DNA from: Candidatus Marinacidobacterales bacterium
GTDB taxonomy: Bacteria > Acidobacteriota > Vicinamibacteria > Marinacidobacterales > SMYC01
Assembly (NCBI GenBank): GCA_965237955.1
Contig: OZ250169.1
Location: 1,184,001-1,248,000 of the forward strand
Length of the DNA: 64,000 bases
Direction: 5' to 3'
Position numbers and translations under genes: made by a program. Shown here in pieces: positions 19,719-31,927 of this stretch (position 1 is the stretch's first letter; the number at the start of each line of letters is the position of its first letter). A model generated the notes under the pieces. The model made no database searches. It had not been told where the DNA came from and saw only the letters and a program-made list of their open reading frames with translations.

Positions 19719-21224
19719 ATGCCAGGCACAGTGAGAGTTCTCCTTGTGGGGATCGTATTGGGGCTATGTGCCGCGGTCTACGTCTATAGCCCGTCCACGG
19801 CGGCTAGCGGTTCGTTTCACAACGCCGTGGCGAACAGCCCTGCCGCGGGCACGATCTTCTTGTATCCGGAGCGTATTCAATTGGAAGCTGGCTATTTTTT
19901 CAACGCGGAATGAGGGATGATGTTTGTTCCGGCAAACCGCTCCGATCCGGCGAGCGCGGTCATCGCCGTCGAGGTGTACCGCTTCAAGGCATCGTCTAAA
20001 GCCACGCCGGGGACTCCCCCCATTTTCTTCTTGCACGGGGGACCCAGTTTCGGCGGTTTGGAGAGCTCTCTTGCAGAATTGGGCACTTTTGAAGAGAGAT
20101 GGCAACCATTTCTGGATGTTTCCGATCTCGTTGTCGTGAGCCAGCGCGGAATCGGGCCATCCAAGCCGACGACGACCATTGACACCACCACGCCACCTGC
20201 GCCTGTGGATCAACCGTACGATGATAAAAAGGCGGTTGCAGAATTACAGAAGGTTCTGAAACGGGCAAAGGACTTTTGGATAGGGCAGGGCCTTGACTTG
20301 AAGGGCTTCACGGTCGTTGAAGCGGCGGCGGACGTCGATGACGTTCGGAAGGCTTTTGGGTATAAGAAAATAATCATTTGGGGCGGCAGCTTTGGGGCCC
20401 ATTGGGGCATGACCCACATGCGCGCGAAGCCGGAGATTGTGGAGCGCGCGATTCTCTTCGGCATGGAAGGTCCCGATCATACCTACGATCACCCGGGCCA
20501 CTTGTGGAAGGTCTACGAGCGAGTGGCTGCGGAAGCTGAAAAAGCACCCGAGTTGAAGAGCTATATCCCCGAAGGGGGGCTGATCCAAGCCCTGGAGAAG
20601 GTGATCGCGAAAGCCGAAAAGGAACCGTTCACCGTCAAGGCGGGCTCCCAGGAAGTCTTGTTTGACGGTGACTCCGTCAAACGTCTTGCCACAGGTTTCT
20701 CGCGTGGTTTACCCGCGTGGCCAGCAGACGTGATCCAGCTTTCTAAGGGGGATTTTAGCGTCGCGGCGGAAAGGGTTGCCCGTGGGGCGGCGAGTAACAG
20801 AAGATCAACCACGACAGCGAGTTACTACATGCTTGATTGCGGCTCCGGCATTACGGCAAAGCGCCTAGCGGAATATGATTCGGATCCTGCCCTAAAGTTC
20901 CTAGGCCAAATGAACTGGGACTACACGGCGGGTTGCCCGGTCTGGGACAGTGACCTGGGAGATGAGTTTCGGCAGAATTTCGAAACCGAAATCCCGACGG
21001 TCATTGTTCACGGCACTTGGGACACGTCCACTCCGTTCGAGAACGCTACCGAACTGGTGCCCTATTTCAAGAACGGCAAGTTTATCCCCGTGAGCCGGGG
21101 GCCTCACGGGGCCATCAGAGCGGCGATGAGGGTGTCCGAGCCATTCCGTAAAGGCATCATGAAGTTTGCGGCAACCGGGGATATGTCCGAATTGCCCGAC
21201 TCGGTAGACATGCCCCCCAGTTGA
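19719..21224 (+). pseudogene. Secreted alpha/beta hydrolase (TAP-like), in-frame TGA at 19911-19913
   Basis: Signal peptide; 'LHGGP', 'QRGIG', nucleophile elbow GGSFG, 'GTWD', 'GPHG'. Confidence 0.85.
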
Positions 21225-21313
21225 GTGGGTTATTCCTGGGCAACCGAGACAACCGAGGAGAGGCGGCAGCTGATTGCTTCGTTCTCTCGGGAAGTCAGTT
21301 TGAGCTGCGCTAG

Positions 21314-21438
21314 TCTCCTGGATCTTTGATTACTATACAAAGTTAGGCTTTTCGCCAGCCCATAATAGTCATAAGATTCATGCACTTAGAAGTGTTTCGG
21401 CAAGCTATGCTTTATCTAGTTTGTTCTGATACAGGGGA
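21314..21438. mobile_element. 125-bp MITE, copy 1, flanked by CTAG
   Basis: Reverse complement of 42271-42395 with few mismatches; AT-rich; imperfect TIRs; CTAG on both sides. Confidence 0.85.
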
Positions 21439-21503
21439 CTAGAGGGCGGCACGTCGCGCCGGGGCTGGCGAGAGGAGTTCAGTGTGTGGGAATGGAGGCC
21501 TCA

Positions 21504-24500
21504 ATGAGGTTCATACTATTACTAACAAAACGGATTGGATCCGCCGCGATCCTTCTCCTAGCAGCCTGCCCGCTCTGGGCGGAAAGCGGCGACGCCTCTG
21601 CGGATATTTATGTGCCGGGCACTATCGACAGTTTATCGTGGCGCAACATCGGACCTAATCGCGGCGGACGTTCTATTGCCGTTTCCGGCAACCCGAACCG
21701 ACCTTTCGAGTACTACTTCGGAGCTACCGGAGGAGGCCTGTGGAAGACGTCGGACGGCGGCAACACCTGGCGGCCGGTCACGGATGGCCAGATACGAAGC
21801 TCGTCGGTCGGCGCGGTCGCCGTCGCCCCTTCCAACCCGGACGTCGTCTACATGGGGATGGGAGAGGTGCAGCTCCGCGGCAACGTCATGCAGGGCGATG
21901 GTGTTCATAAGTCCGTTGATGGAGGTAGGACGTGGACGCATAGCGGGCTCCCGAATTCTCTCGCCATTGGTCGCATCCGGATTCATCCTAAGAATCCAGA
22001 CCTCGCCTACGCCGCGGTGCTGGGAGACCCCACGGGTCCCAACGAGGATCGCGGAGTCTATCGAACACGAGACGGTGGGCGCACCTGGGACAAAGTGCTG
22101 TACAAGAGTGCCAAGACGGGTGCCGTCGACCTGGCTCTCGATCCGAACAATCCCGACGTCTTGTACGCGTCCCTGTGGCAAGTGTATCGGAACGCTTATC
22201 AGCTCTGGAGCGGGGGGCCGGAGTCGGGGCTTTGGAAGTCGTCAGACGGCGGTGAGACTTGGACCGAGCTCACCCGGAACCCCGGGCTGCCCGAGGGAAC
22301 GATCGGCAAAATCGGCGTCGCCGTTTCAGGAGCGGACTCTAAACGTCTCTACGCGATCATCGAGGCCGACGCCGGAGGCCTCTATCGTTCGGATGATGCG
22401 GGTGCCACGTGGACCCTCGTCGATAACTCACGGGATCTCTGGCAACGCGCCTTTTATTTCAATCGCGTCACGGCACATCCAAAGGAAGTGGACACCGTCT
22501 ACGTTCTGAACGCTCAGTTTCTCGAATCGAACGACGGAGGAAAGACGTGGGATTCGATCCGCACTCCCCATGGCGATTATCACGATCTGTGGATCAACCC
22601 CGAGAATCCGGAACTGATGGTTTGTGCGAACGACGGCGGAGGCACGGTGACCACCAATCGTGGCAAGAGCTGGACACCGCAAAACTTTCCGACCGCTCAG
22701 ATGTACCATGTCAATACGACACGGGATTTTCCCTACCACGTCGTGGGCGCCCAACAGGACAACTCAACCGCCGCGGTTTCCAGTCAGCCGGGAGCCTGGT
22801 GGGCAAGACCGAAGGGTCCGGCTCAGGGCTCTTTCTACGCCGTGGGCGGAGGCGAGAACGCCTACGTCGCCACCCATCCGGAGAACCCGAACATTTTCTT
22901 CGCCGGTGCGACGAACACGTTGACCCGCTTCGACCGGGCTACGGGCGAGGAACGGGATGTCCAGCCCTTTCCCCGGATGTTCATGGGCGAGTCGTCGGAC
23001 GAGGTGCCGGAGCGGTGGAACTGGGTCTACCCAATCATGATGACACGCAACAAGCATCTCTATGCCGCCTCTCAGCAACTTTGGAGGTCGCTCGATGAAG
23101 GGAAGACTTGGGACAAGATCAGCCCGGATCTGACGCGCGCCGATCAGGAGACGATGGGCCCTTCGGGCGGACCTATTGTTCTGGACCAGGACGGCCCGGA
23201 AATCTACGCGACCATTTTCGCCGTCGCTCCGTCGGAGGTGGACGCGGATACGATCTGGGTCGGCTCAGACGATGGTCTCGTTCACGTCACCCGCAACGGC
23301 GGGGCCGATTGGATCAACGTCACGCCACCTGACATGGCTGCCAACACGCGGGTCAGCCTGATCGAAGCCTCGCCGCACGACGCTGCAACCGCCTTTGTCG
23401 CGGCCAAGCGCAACCAGATGGGAGATCGGGCTCCTCACATCTGGAAGACGCGCGACTCCGGGAAGACCTGGAAGCGGATCGTCAATGGAATCCGAGCGGA
23501 CGATTTTGTTCACGCCATTCGGGAAGACCCTCAACGAGCCGGACTGCTCTACGCCGGGACCGAACATGGCGTGTACGTTTCCTTCGACGAAGGGGATCAC
23601 TGGAAGTCGCTTTCCCTAAACTTGCCCGATGTTCAAGTACCGGATCTCGTCGTGGAGGGCCGTGATCTCGTCATCGCAACGCATGGGCGTTCTTTTTACG
23701 TGTTGGATGACCTCTCACCGCTCAGGCAAATGGCCCCTGGCCAATCCACTCCTGCCGTTCACCTCTTCAAGCCGTCCGACGCCGTCCGCCGTGTCTACAC
23801 CGCTAACATCGATTTCTATCTGGAATCCGTGACGGACCCCATTCGTCTGGAGGTTCTCGACGGCAAAGGAGCTTTGGTGCGTGAGCTCCGTGTCAGAGGA
23901 GCCGGCTCCAGAAATCAACCCTCGGCGAGACAGGGCCGTGGGAGACAACGTGGCGGAGGCTCGGGAGTGAAGGCCGGGCTCAATCGGTTACGTTGGGATC
24001 TCCGTTGTCCCGGCGCCACGGTCTTCGAAGGCATGATTCTCGAAAGCTCAAACCCAAGCAACGGTCCATGGGCCCCGCCGGGACAGTACGCGGTCAAGCT
24101 CACGGTGGGCGATCAAAGCTGGACCCAACCGCTCACCGTTCTCAAAGACCCGCGCCTTGGTCAGGTTACGCAGCAAGATCTGGAGGAGCAGTTCACTTTG
24201 GCAATGAAACTTCGAGACCGAGTCAGCGCCGCTAACGAGGCCGTTATCTTGATTCGCAAGTTGAAGACTCAGATGGATGACGACCGAATTACCGGTGAGC
24301 CGGAGCTCCAGAAGCCGCTCGCCGAGCTAAAGAACCGTTTGAGCCTTGTGGAAGCCCAGCTCTACCAGGTGAAGAATCAGAGTTCGAAGGACAAAATTGC
24401 CTTCCCGATCCAGCTCAACGACCGGCTTGCCGGGCTGTTTGCGCTCGTGCAGGAGGCGGACGGTGCTCCGAACCGGGCTCACTACGAGGTCTTTGAGCAA

Positions 24501-24614
24501 CTTTCATCGGAGCTCGATGGACACTTGGCCGAGTTGGACCAGCTCCTTGAAAACGACCTCGCGGCAGTCAACAAGCGGCTGTCTAAAAAACGTCTTCGTC
24601 TGATCACAAAATAG
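21504..24614 (+). CDS. Secreted VPS10/sortilin-type BNR (Asp-box) repeat glycosyl hydrolase-like protein
   Basis: 'WRNIGP..GGRS', many S/TxDGGxTW Asp-boxes, 'ATHGRSF', coiled-coil C-term. Confidence 0.9.
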   Translation: MRFILLLTKRIGSAAILLLAACPLWAESGDASADIYVPGTIDSLSWRNIGPNRGGRSIAVSGNPNRPFEYYFGATGGGLWKTSDGGNTWRPVTDGQIRSSSVGAVAVAPSNPDVVYMGMGEVQLRGNVMQGDGVHKSVDGGRTWTHSGLPNSLAIGRIRIHPKNPDLAYAAVLGDPTGPNEDRGVYRTRDGGRTWDKVLYKSAKTGAVDLALDPNNPDVLYASLWQVYRNAYQLWSGGPESGLWKSSDGGETWTELTRNPGLPEGTIGKIGVAVSGADSKRLYAIIEADAGGLYRSDDAGATWTLVDNSRDLWQRAFYFNRVTAHPKEVDTVYVLNAQFLESNDGGKTWDSIRTPHGDYHDLWINPENPELMVCANDGGGTVTTNRGKSWTPQNFPTAQMYHVNTTRDFPYHVVGAQQDNSTAAVSSQPGAWWARPKGPAQGSFYAVGGGENAYVATHPENPNIFFAGATNTLTRFDRATGEERDVQPFPRMFMGESSDEVPERWNWVYPIMMTRNKHLYAASQQLWRSLDEGKTWDKISPDLTRADQETMGPSGGPIVLDQDGPEIYATIFAVAPSEVDADTIWVGSDDGLVHVTRNGGADWINVTPPDMAANTRVSLIEASPHDAATAFVAAKRNQMGDRAPHIWKTRDSGKTWKRIVNGIRADDFVHAIREDPQRAGLLYAGTEHGVYVSFDEGDHWKSLSLNLPDVQVPDLVVEGRDLVIATHGRSFYVLDDLSPLRQMAPGQSTPAVHLFKPSDAVRRVYTANIDFYLESVTDPIRLEVLDGKGALVRELRVRGAGSRNQPSARQGRGRQRGGGSGVKAGLNRLRWDLRCPGATVFEGMILESSNPSNGPWAPPGQYAVKLTVGDQSWTQPLTVLKDPRLGQVTQQDLEEQFTLAMKLRDRVSAANEAVILIRKLKTQMDDDRITGEPELQKPLAELKNRLSLVEAQLYQVKNQSSKDKIAFPIQLNDRLAGLFALVQEADGAPNRAHYEVFEQLSSELDGHLAELDQLLENDLAAVNKRLSKKRLRLITK

Positions 24615-24644
24615 GTTGCGTTACGAAAATCTGATGTACGCGTT

Positions 24645-24676
24645 CCTCGAGGGGGGCTGAGAGTTCCCCCTCGAGG
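24645..24676 (+). terminator. Stem-loop downstream of the BNR gene
   Basis: cctcgaggggg...ccccctcgagg inverted repeat; no clear U-tract. Confidence 0.45.
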
Positions 24677-25066
24677 TGGACCGTTAAGCGAGTAAACGAA
24701 AGCCTAGCCATGAAGATTTCGAATTGGAGGATCAAGCCCGGTAAGTTTTTTGGTCCTCCTGACCTTTCTGTGGATCCCGATTAGTGGCGCAGGCCATCGC
24801 GCCTCCAGCAGACCACGGTGCTCACCGGCGTCAAAGCTGCCCTCGCTTCGCTCGACCGCTGCGCCGGCCTTATTCTCCCCTTGCGATTATGCGGACCTTG
24901 TACGTAGAGAGCGCCGCTCGGTATGTGCACAACCTGCCATGGAGACGAGGTCGCGATTTAGCCCGAGCTGGAAGAGCTCATCGCCGAGTCCCACCCGGAC
25001 GACGAGGCGACCGGTTTCGAAGTCGGCGACCTCCGAGGCTGGATGTGGGCCGAAGTGCCTCGCGAG

Positions 25067-25766
25067 TGCCTTGGTGCACAACTCGCGATCTCGGTCCACA
25101 ATTGTCCTTTACTCACGGATTCGAGGTTCCCCATGAGCATTTTCAAACGCACTCAGCGGAAGTATGTGAAGAAGGCCTATCGCGTGAGGAATTGGCGTGA
25201 ATATGAGGCGGGTCTACGCAACCGTGGGAGCCTGACCGTCTGGATCTCGCTCACCGCCGGCAAGCTTGTGAACTGGGACGCGCCCCGGCCGAGGAGGAGG
25301 AAACCGGGCCGTCAACGCAAGTACTCGAACCACGCCATCGAGACGGCTGTCACCCTGGGCATGGTGTTTCATCTGTCATCTAGGCAGAGCGAGGGATTGC
25401 TGCGATCGTTGTTCGCTCTGATGAAGCTAGACAATGATGTGCCCGATCACACCACGATCTCGAGGCGCAAGGCGAAGCTGGGTAAGGTCCCCTTCTACCA
25501 AGACAAGCAGAAGACGCCGTTGCACATCTTGATCGACAGCAGCGGTCTCGCTGTCCACGCCGGCCAGCTGCGCAGAGCACCAAAGAGCAGGGACTATCGC
25601 AAGCTCCATCTGTGTGTCGACGAGCAGAGTGGCGAAGTCGTCGCCGGCGAGCTGACGAGCAAAAGAGCCCGCGATTCATCGCGGGTTGCATCGCTTGTCG
25701 GACAGATCGACAGTCCCATCTCATCTGCCAGAGCTGACACCGCATACGACGCCGGCGGCGTCTATG
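25067..25766 (+). mobile_element. IS5/IS903-group truncated copy C, interrupted by copy D
   Basis: Left TIR at 25067; ends at ...ggcgtctatg directly at the TIR of copy D. Confidence 0.92.
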
Positions 25767-26853
25767 TGCCTTGGTGCACAACTCGCGATCTCGGTCCACA
25801 ATTGTCCTTTACTCACGGATTCGAGGTTCCCCATGAGCATTTTCAAACGCACTCAGCGGAAGTATGTGAAGAAGGCCTATCGCGTGAGGAATTGGCGTGA
25901 ATATGAGGCGGGTCTACGCAACGGCGGGAGCCTGACCGCCTGGATCTCGCTCACCGCCGGCAAGCTTGTGAACTGGGACGCGCCCCGGCCGAGGAGGAGG
26001 AAACCGGGCCGTCAACGCAAGTACTCGAACCACGCCATCGAGACGGCTGTCACCCTGGGCATGGTGTTTCATCTGTCATCTAGGCAGAGCGAGGGATTGC
26101 TGCGGTCGTTGTTCGCTCTGATGAAGCTAGACAATGATGTGCCCGATCACACCACGATCTCGAGGCGCAAGGCGAAGCTGGGTAAGGTCCCCTTCTACCA
26201 AGACAAGCAGAAGACGCCGTTGCACATCTTGATCGACAGCAGCGGTCTCGCTGTCCACGCCGGCCAGCTGCGCAGAGCACCAAAGAGCAGGGACTATCGC
26301 AAGCTCCATCTGTGTGTCGACGAGCAGAGTGGCGAAGTCGTCGCCGGCGAGCTGACGAGCAAAAGAGCCCGCGATTCATCGCGGGTTGCATCGCTTGTCG
26401 GACAGATCGACAGTCCCATCTCATCGGCCAGAGCTGACACCGCATACGACGCCGGCGGTGTCTATGAGGCAATCGAGAATCACAGCGCTCATCGCTCGCC
26501 GAGGGTGTTGATACCGCCGCGCAAGGGCGCCCAGCTCGCATCGGGGCCGGCGAGCAGCCGACAGCGCAATCGCAACATTGCAGCACAAGCTCGGCTCGGC
26601 AAACGAAAGTGGCACACAGAATCGGGCTACAGCAAACGGAGCAAAGTCGAGACAACGTTCCATCGCTACAAGGCTATCGTGGGCTCAGCGATGCGAGCGA
26701 GAGGGTTGGCGGCACAGAGAGTCGAGGCAAGGATCGGGTGCAAGATTCTCAACACGATGACGGCGCTCGGGATGCCTGATAGCGAGATGATCGGATGATG
26801 GGAGTCGGGGCCAAGCGAGCTCTCGGCCTCTATCGGAGTTGTGCACCAAGGCA
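25767..26853 (+). mobile_element. IS5/IS903-group full copy D, 1087 bp (transposase 25833-26798)
   Basis: Both 18-bp TIRs; intact ORF. Confidence 0.95.
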
Positions 26854-27763
26854 GCGCATCGTTGCCGAAGACAACGCCCTCAATCCGGCTCTCGTAGAAA
26901 AAGACTGCTGGGTCACGCATGCGTTGTGGGCTCTCGAGCACACGGGACTCGAGATCTGGTTCAAAGGAGGGACCTCTCTGTCCAAAGGCTTCGAGCTCAT
27001 CCAGCGGTTCTCGGAAGACTTGGACCTCAAAGTGGAGGGTGGATCGAGCGGTGCGCCCGCCGTCAAGAACTGGTCGAGCCTGAACAAGGGACCGGTGGCC
27101 TCTCGACGAACTTTCTTCGAGACCCTCGAGGAACTGATCGTCATCCCTGGGGCCTCGGTGAAGCTCGACCGAGCCCGGATCGACAAGTACGCTCGCTCGG
27201 CCGACTATCGAGTCCTCTATAGTGCAGCGTTCGCAAATGGACTTCCGGCGGTAATGAGCCCCTTCGTGAAACTGGAAATCGGTAGCGCCCGCGTTACACC
27301 TTTTCTCGAGCGGAGCATAAGTTCCTTCGTTCACGATTGGCTGCATGCGAGAGGGCAGTTGACAGACTACACGGACAATCGATCGGCCGCCCTGCGATGT
27401 GTTCACCCCCTGGTCTCGTTGGTCGAGAAGATCGATGCCATCGTGCGTCGATCTGCGCGCGGGTCCAGCCCCGCGACATTCGTCCGTCACTACGAGGATG
27501 CCGCCAATATCATTTTCGCAGAACAGGAGCTGCCACCGCTCGAACGGGAGCTTGCCGACCTGATCGAAGACATGCTTGCCGAGCGAAGCATTGCGTCCTT
27601 TCCCAGTGCCGATGATCTCGCTTTTTCGTTGGACGCTCCGAACCGGCGCGATGAGCTCGAGAAGGCCTACGAGGCAACAGCGCCCACGTATTGGGGCCGC
27701 CGAATATCACTGCAGGATTCGTGCGAGCTCATCCGCGAATGGCTCGCGCAGCGTTCACGGTAG
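26854..27763 (+). pseudogene. AbiEii/AbiGii-family nucleotidyltransferase toxin, 5' end removed by IS
   Basis: 'LVEKDCWV', 'FKGGTSLSKGFELIQRFSEDLD', 'EK', 'RHYED'. Confidence 0.85.
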
Positions 27764-28019
27764 TCTATTCCGTGGGCACGCGCGCTTCGAGCTCTTCGAA
27801 CCAGTTCAAGACCACGCGAATCTCCCGGCGCTCCGGTCTCGCACTGAAAACCTGCGCGAATTGCTACCATCGGGCGAGACATCGTAGTATCGAGTCCAAC
27901 CGCGAGTGACAGCCCCGCGGTGTCCAACGAGTTGGTGGGGCTTTCCGACGGCGGGCGCCTCGAACGACGTTGTGGCATTCTCCGACCGTCTCCGGCGTCG
28001 TCAGCGCGACGGGCTCGCC

Positions 28020-29427
28020 GCCCGCGGCGGGAACCCGCATGAGTCACACCACGCCCGACTCGGCGAGCTTCAGAACTTGAAGCTGTCCAAGAAAATCGTC
28101 ATGCGCGTATGGAGCGAACGTCCACAGCGGCTACGAAGTCGCGTCCTGGTGCGCTTCGACAAGACCACATGGCATCGGGATCCGGCCACGATGCAGGAGC
28201 TCGCACCCACGACGGGGGAGGCCGACGTCGATCAGGCGGCTCGCGAGTTTCTGGACACGCTTCCCGGGTCGGACTTCGTGCTACCACCCGAGCGTTTGGA
28301 GTCGCAACGGCTCATCCACACGAAGGTTATTCGTGTCGACGGCGGCGGCCTCACGACGCCGGGAGGCACCCTCTTAATCCATGCGCCTGTCGATGAGCTG
28401 CGGCTCGACACCGCCGCTGTGGTACTACCGCCGCCGCGAACGCCGGTGCGCGTTTACGGCGTTCTGCACGAAGTGAACCATCAGCGTGCACAGGAAGGAC
28501 CATCGCCTGCGTCCATGCTCGAGGCGTCTTTGCAGGTCCCCGAGAATCTGGACCCGCGTTTTCAAGCTCTCGCGAACGAGCTGGCGCGTGACACGGTCGA
28601 CGACGAGGGCAGAGCCCGTCGCGTCGTCGCTCACCTTAGGGAGACCTACGAATACTCGCTCGACGTCGGAGACATCGACCGCAGCGACCCCCTCGCTGAT
28701 TTCCTTTTCGAGAAAAAAGAAGGTTGGTGCGAGTACTTCGCGGGCTCGGCAGCCATTCTGTTGCGACTTCAGGGTATTCCCACGCGTTACCTGCGTGGCT
28801 TCAACGTCATCGGCTCTCAGAAAAAAGGCGATCACTACGTGGTGCGCGAGTGGGACCGTCACGCGTGGATCGAAGCCTACATCGACGGCAAAGGCTGGCT
28901 CGAGTACGATCCGACACCGGCCGCCGAGTACGAGAACCTGCATGCTGGTTTGAACGACAACATCGTGACCGATGCGCTCGAGTGGCTGCGCGCGAGCGTC
29001 GCAAGTCTTTACGTAGAGCTGCTTGCGCGCTACGCTACTTCGAAACGTCGCGTCTTGCGCGGCCACTGGTCGGGGACTACTCCTCGTCATCGCGTGGACC
29101 CTGAATCGACTAGTTCGCTTTGTGCGCACCCTGCCGGGAAGCCAGAGCTCGGCAAAGAGGGCCACACCTTCCGCGCTCGAGCAGCTCGTTCACGAGCTCG
29201 ACGTCGAGCTCGATCGCCTCGGATGCGCCCGTCCGACGAATCGAGCGCCCCTCGAGCATTGGTCGAGCCTGCCGTCCGACACCGTGCCGCGAACCCTTCG
29301 TGACACAGGGTTGAGCATCATCCTCACGTATTACCGGAACCGGTTCGGGGGTGAGGCTCTTGCCGACGGAGATCTAGAGCGACTTCGAAGAGAGCTTGCT
29401 CACTCGGTCACGAGGTCTTCGGACTGA
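28020..29427 (+). pseudogene. TgpA-like transglutaminase-domain protein remnant
   Basis: Cys-His-Asp motifs GWCEYFA, HAWIE, YDPT; membrane N-term absent; frameshift near 29020. Confidence 0.8.
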
Positions 29428-29494
29428 ACGAGGGCTAACACCGCGCGCGTGGACTCGTAGCGCTCGGCCGGCTCTTTGGACAGACACTGCATCA

Positions 29495-29762
29495 CTAGAG
29501 CTTCGAGGTAAGCCGGTAGCCCAGACCGCTCGTTGGCGATGGGTGCGGTGATTCGAGATGGTGTTCGACGAGGTTTCCGGTCGTGAACGGTGCGCGTCCT
29601 GTCAGGAGCTCGTACAGCGTTGCGCCGAGCGAATAAATATCGGTCCGCGCGTCAGTCGGCTCTCCGCAGGCCTGCTCCAGTGCGATGTAGTTGAGCGTGC
29701 CGCCGACGCACCCGCCGCCGTCGTCGCCGCTCCGTGCGAGACCGAAGTCCACGATCTTCACC
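29495..29762 (-). pseudogene. Ser/Thr kinase C-lobe fragment
   Basis: 'VKIVDFGLAR...GTLNYIALEQ...DIYSLG..LYELLTGRAPF'. Confidence 0.75.
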
Positions 29763-29764
29763 CA

Positions 29765-30470
29765 TCCTGTCAGGCCAAGCGCTCTTGGTTGTTTGCCGAA
29801 AAGCTCAGAGAAGAGATCCTGGCACCGGTGCTCAGCCTTCTCTCCCAGACAGCCTTCGAAGCCATCAACAAGAGTTTCCAGAAACTTCTCGATCGCAAAG
29901 ACGTCCGACCCGGCTCGGTGTCTTCGATTCAAACCTTTGGTTCCTTCAGCGCGAATTGGCACCCCCACATCCATTGTCTGGTCATGGAGGGGGTTTTCGC
30001 CCCGCAGGGGGAGTTTCTGCCCTTGCCCAAGCCGGCCAACTCTATCCTCAAAGATATCGAAGAGCGCTTCCGACCCCTTTTGCTCGAGCGACTACACCGC
30101 GCGGAGCGTCTCTCCGAGGAGTTCATGAACCGGTTGCTGCAATGGAATCCTTCGGGGTTTTCGGTCTATGCGGAGCAGCTCGTCTGGGACGACGAGCCGC
30201 AGCGGCTGGAAAAACTCGCCCGCTACGTCACCCGCGCTCCCGTTCGAGTTGACGGGGTGAGCCAAACCCAGGATAGCCGCGTCTTGCTCACCACACCCCC
30301 TGATCCGCTTACCGGAGAAACGCTCCTCTTTCTCGACTCTCTTGATTGGGTTCATGCCATCTGCCAGCAGATCCCTGACCGCGACCAACACTTGACCAGG
30401 TTCTACGGTGCCTATGCGAACCGAATCCGAAAAGCGCTCTTCGAAGACGCGTCACCAGACGCTCCCGGGC
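29765..30470 (+). mobile_element. IS91-like (HUH/Y2) transposase fragment
   Basis: 'QTFG...NWHPHIHCL', 'SGFSV', 'LARYVTR', 'TRFYGAY'. Confidence 0.8.
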
Positions 30471-30877
30471 GCCGAAGTTAAAACAAACGGATGCCTGAAC
30501 TCATCGAGCGCTGGAGCAACGCAGCCTGAGCTGCTAGAGTCATGAGTAACGAACCCGTCCGGAGGGAGTAATTGTCAAGAGTTGTGGATCAGAACTTGGC
30601 GTCTCCCGCCCCGAACGGCGTCACGCTGTCGCCTTCCTCCCGGTGAAGGAGGCCGTGGGATCAGGATCTCAGGCCGCTCGAGATCTCGGCGTGGCACGTT
30701 TTCTGGTGGAAGGTGTCATGATCGCCGCTAGCCATCGAGGGGGTAGTGGACCCCTTGAGAAAACCGCGAATCTCTGGCAGTATTCTCGTATCCTGGTGCT
30801 GAAGAGGGTCACTCGCGTCACGAGGTGGCGGTTATCTGGGAAATCCCGGTCAATAACTTCCCGAAGGAGGCACGGCC

Positions 30878-31074
30878 ATGAAGACGACACGGATCCTCGT
30901 CACGGGCGCGGCCGGGTGACGGCGATCCCCGGGGCGGTCAACAAGGTGCTCGCCTTCCTCGGCGAACTGCCGCCCCGGCGAATCGCGCAGGCGGTGTTCG
31001 GCGCGCTTTCACGAAGCGCACCGCCCGCGAGCGGGGATGGGAACGGGCAAACCGCTGGGCGGACCCAACGATGA
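30878..31074 (+). pseudogene. Deletion chimera of Rossmann N-term (MKTTRILVTGAAG) and SDR-like C-term
   Basis: AGGAGG RBS, GxxG start, then out-of-frame 'IPGAVNKVLAFLGELPPRR'. Confidence 0.5.
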
Positions 31075-31844
31075 ACATTTTCCCAACGTACACGGTCGGC
31101 GCCATTTATGCGGTTGGAATCGTGCAGCCTATGCTTATCTGGCTGGCGCTCTCACCCGCTGTATCCAGGTTGGGTTCGACACCCGTGTTCAAGAACCTCA
31201 CGCGCATCGGGCTTGCGTTGTTCTTTGCGGCCTGGTTCGGCCTCATCTACCTGCTCTGCCAGAGCGACACGTTGGCGCTGACAGAAGCGGGGGGTCGTGA
31301 ACGAGCGCTGGTCGCGCTCTTCACTCCTGCAGTCGTCGGCCTACTTCTGCTCGGCTCAGCCACCATCCGCAATATTCTAGACCAGATACCTCAGCATCAG
31401 CTCATCGCGATCCAAGGGCTGCGGTTGCTCGGCTTCGTCTTCTTGGTGTTCACCGATATGGGCTTCGTGTCACCCACGTTTGGCGTCACCGCCGGAATTG
31501 GCGATGTGCTCGTCGGAATATTTGCACTCTACGCCGCCTACTCGCTGTTGCGTGGCAGGCGGAGCGGACGATCAATCGCGATCGCTGCAAACGTCTTCGG
31601 CCTGCTGGACGCTTCGACGGCGCTCACGTTAGGCTTTTTTGTCGTGCCGGCCGACTCGGTCGCGCCTCATATTGCAAGGCACTTCATGTTCGTCCCGGCA
31701 TATCTTGTATCCATGTTCTTGGTCGCCCACATCTATTCGCTCCGGGGTCTCGTTCTCGGCGTCGGGGAAGCGCAACCCGCACGGATGCCAGGCGCCGCTG
31801 CGCACACGCCACAAGAGAGTCCCGAATCGAAGCAGAGCCCTTAG
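31071..31844 (+). CDS. Uncharacterised multi-pass membrane protein
   Basis: About 7 hydrophobic segments; 'QGLRLLG...AGIGD' motif. Confidence 0.75.
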   Translation: MNIFPTYTVGAIYAVGIVQPMLIWLALSPAVSRLGSTPVFKNLTRIGLALFFAAWFGLIYLLCQSDTLALTEAGGRERALVALFTPAVVGLLLLGSATIRNILDQIPQHQLIAIQGLRLLGFVFLVFTDMGFVSPTFGVTAGIGDVLVGIFALYAAYSLLRGRRSGRSIAIAANVFGLLDASTALTLGFFVVPADSVAPHIARHFMFVPAYLVSMFLVAHIYSLRGLVLGVGEAQPARMPGAAAHTPQESPESKQSP

Positions 31845-31927
31845 GAAACGGGCACCTCCGGCGGTCGAGGGTTTTTCGAATGGTGATTTCGCCAGCTGAA
31901 GGCTCGTCCTAACTGAGCACGACGCGA

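Noticed and set aside
24645-24676. GCTGAGA-containing hairpin as a TPP riboswitch
   Set aside because: Other conserved TPP elements are absent and it lies downstream of a gene
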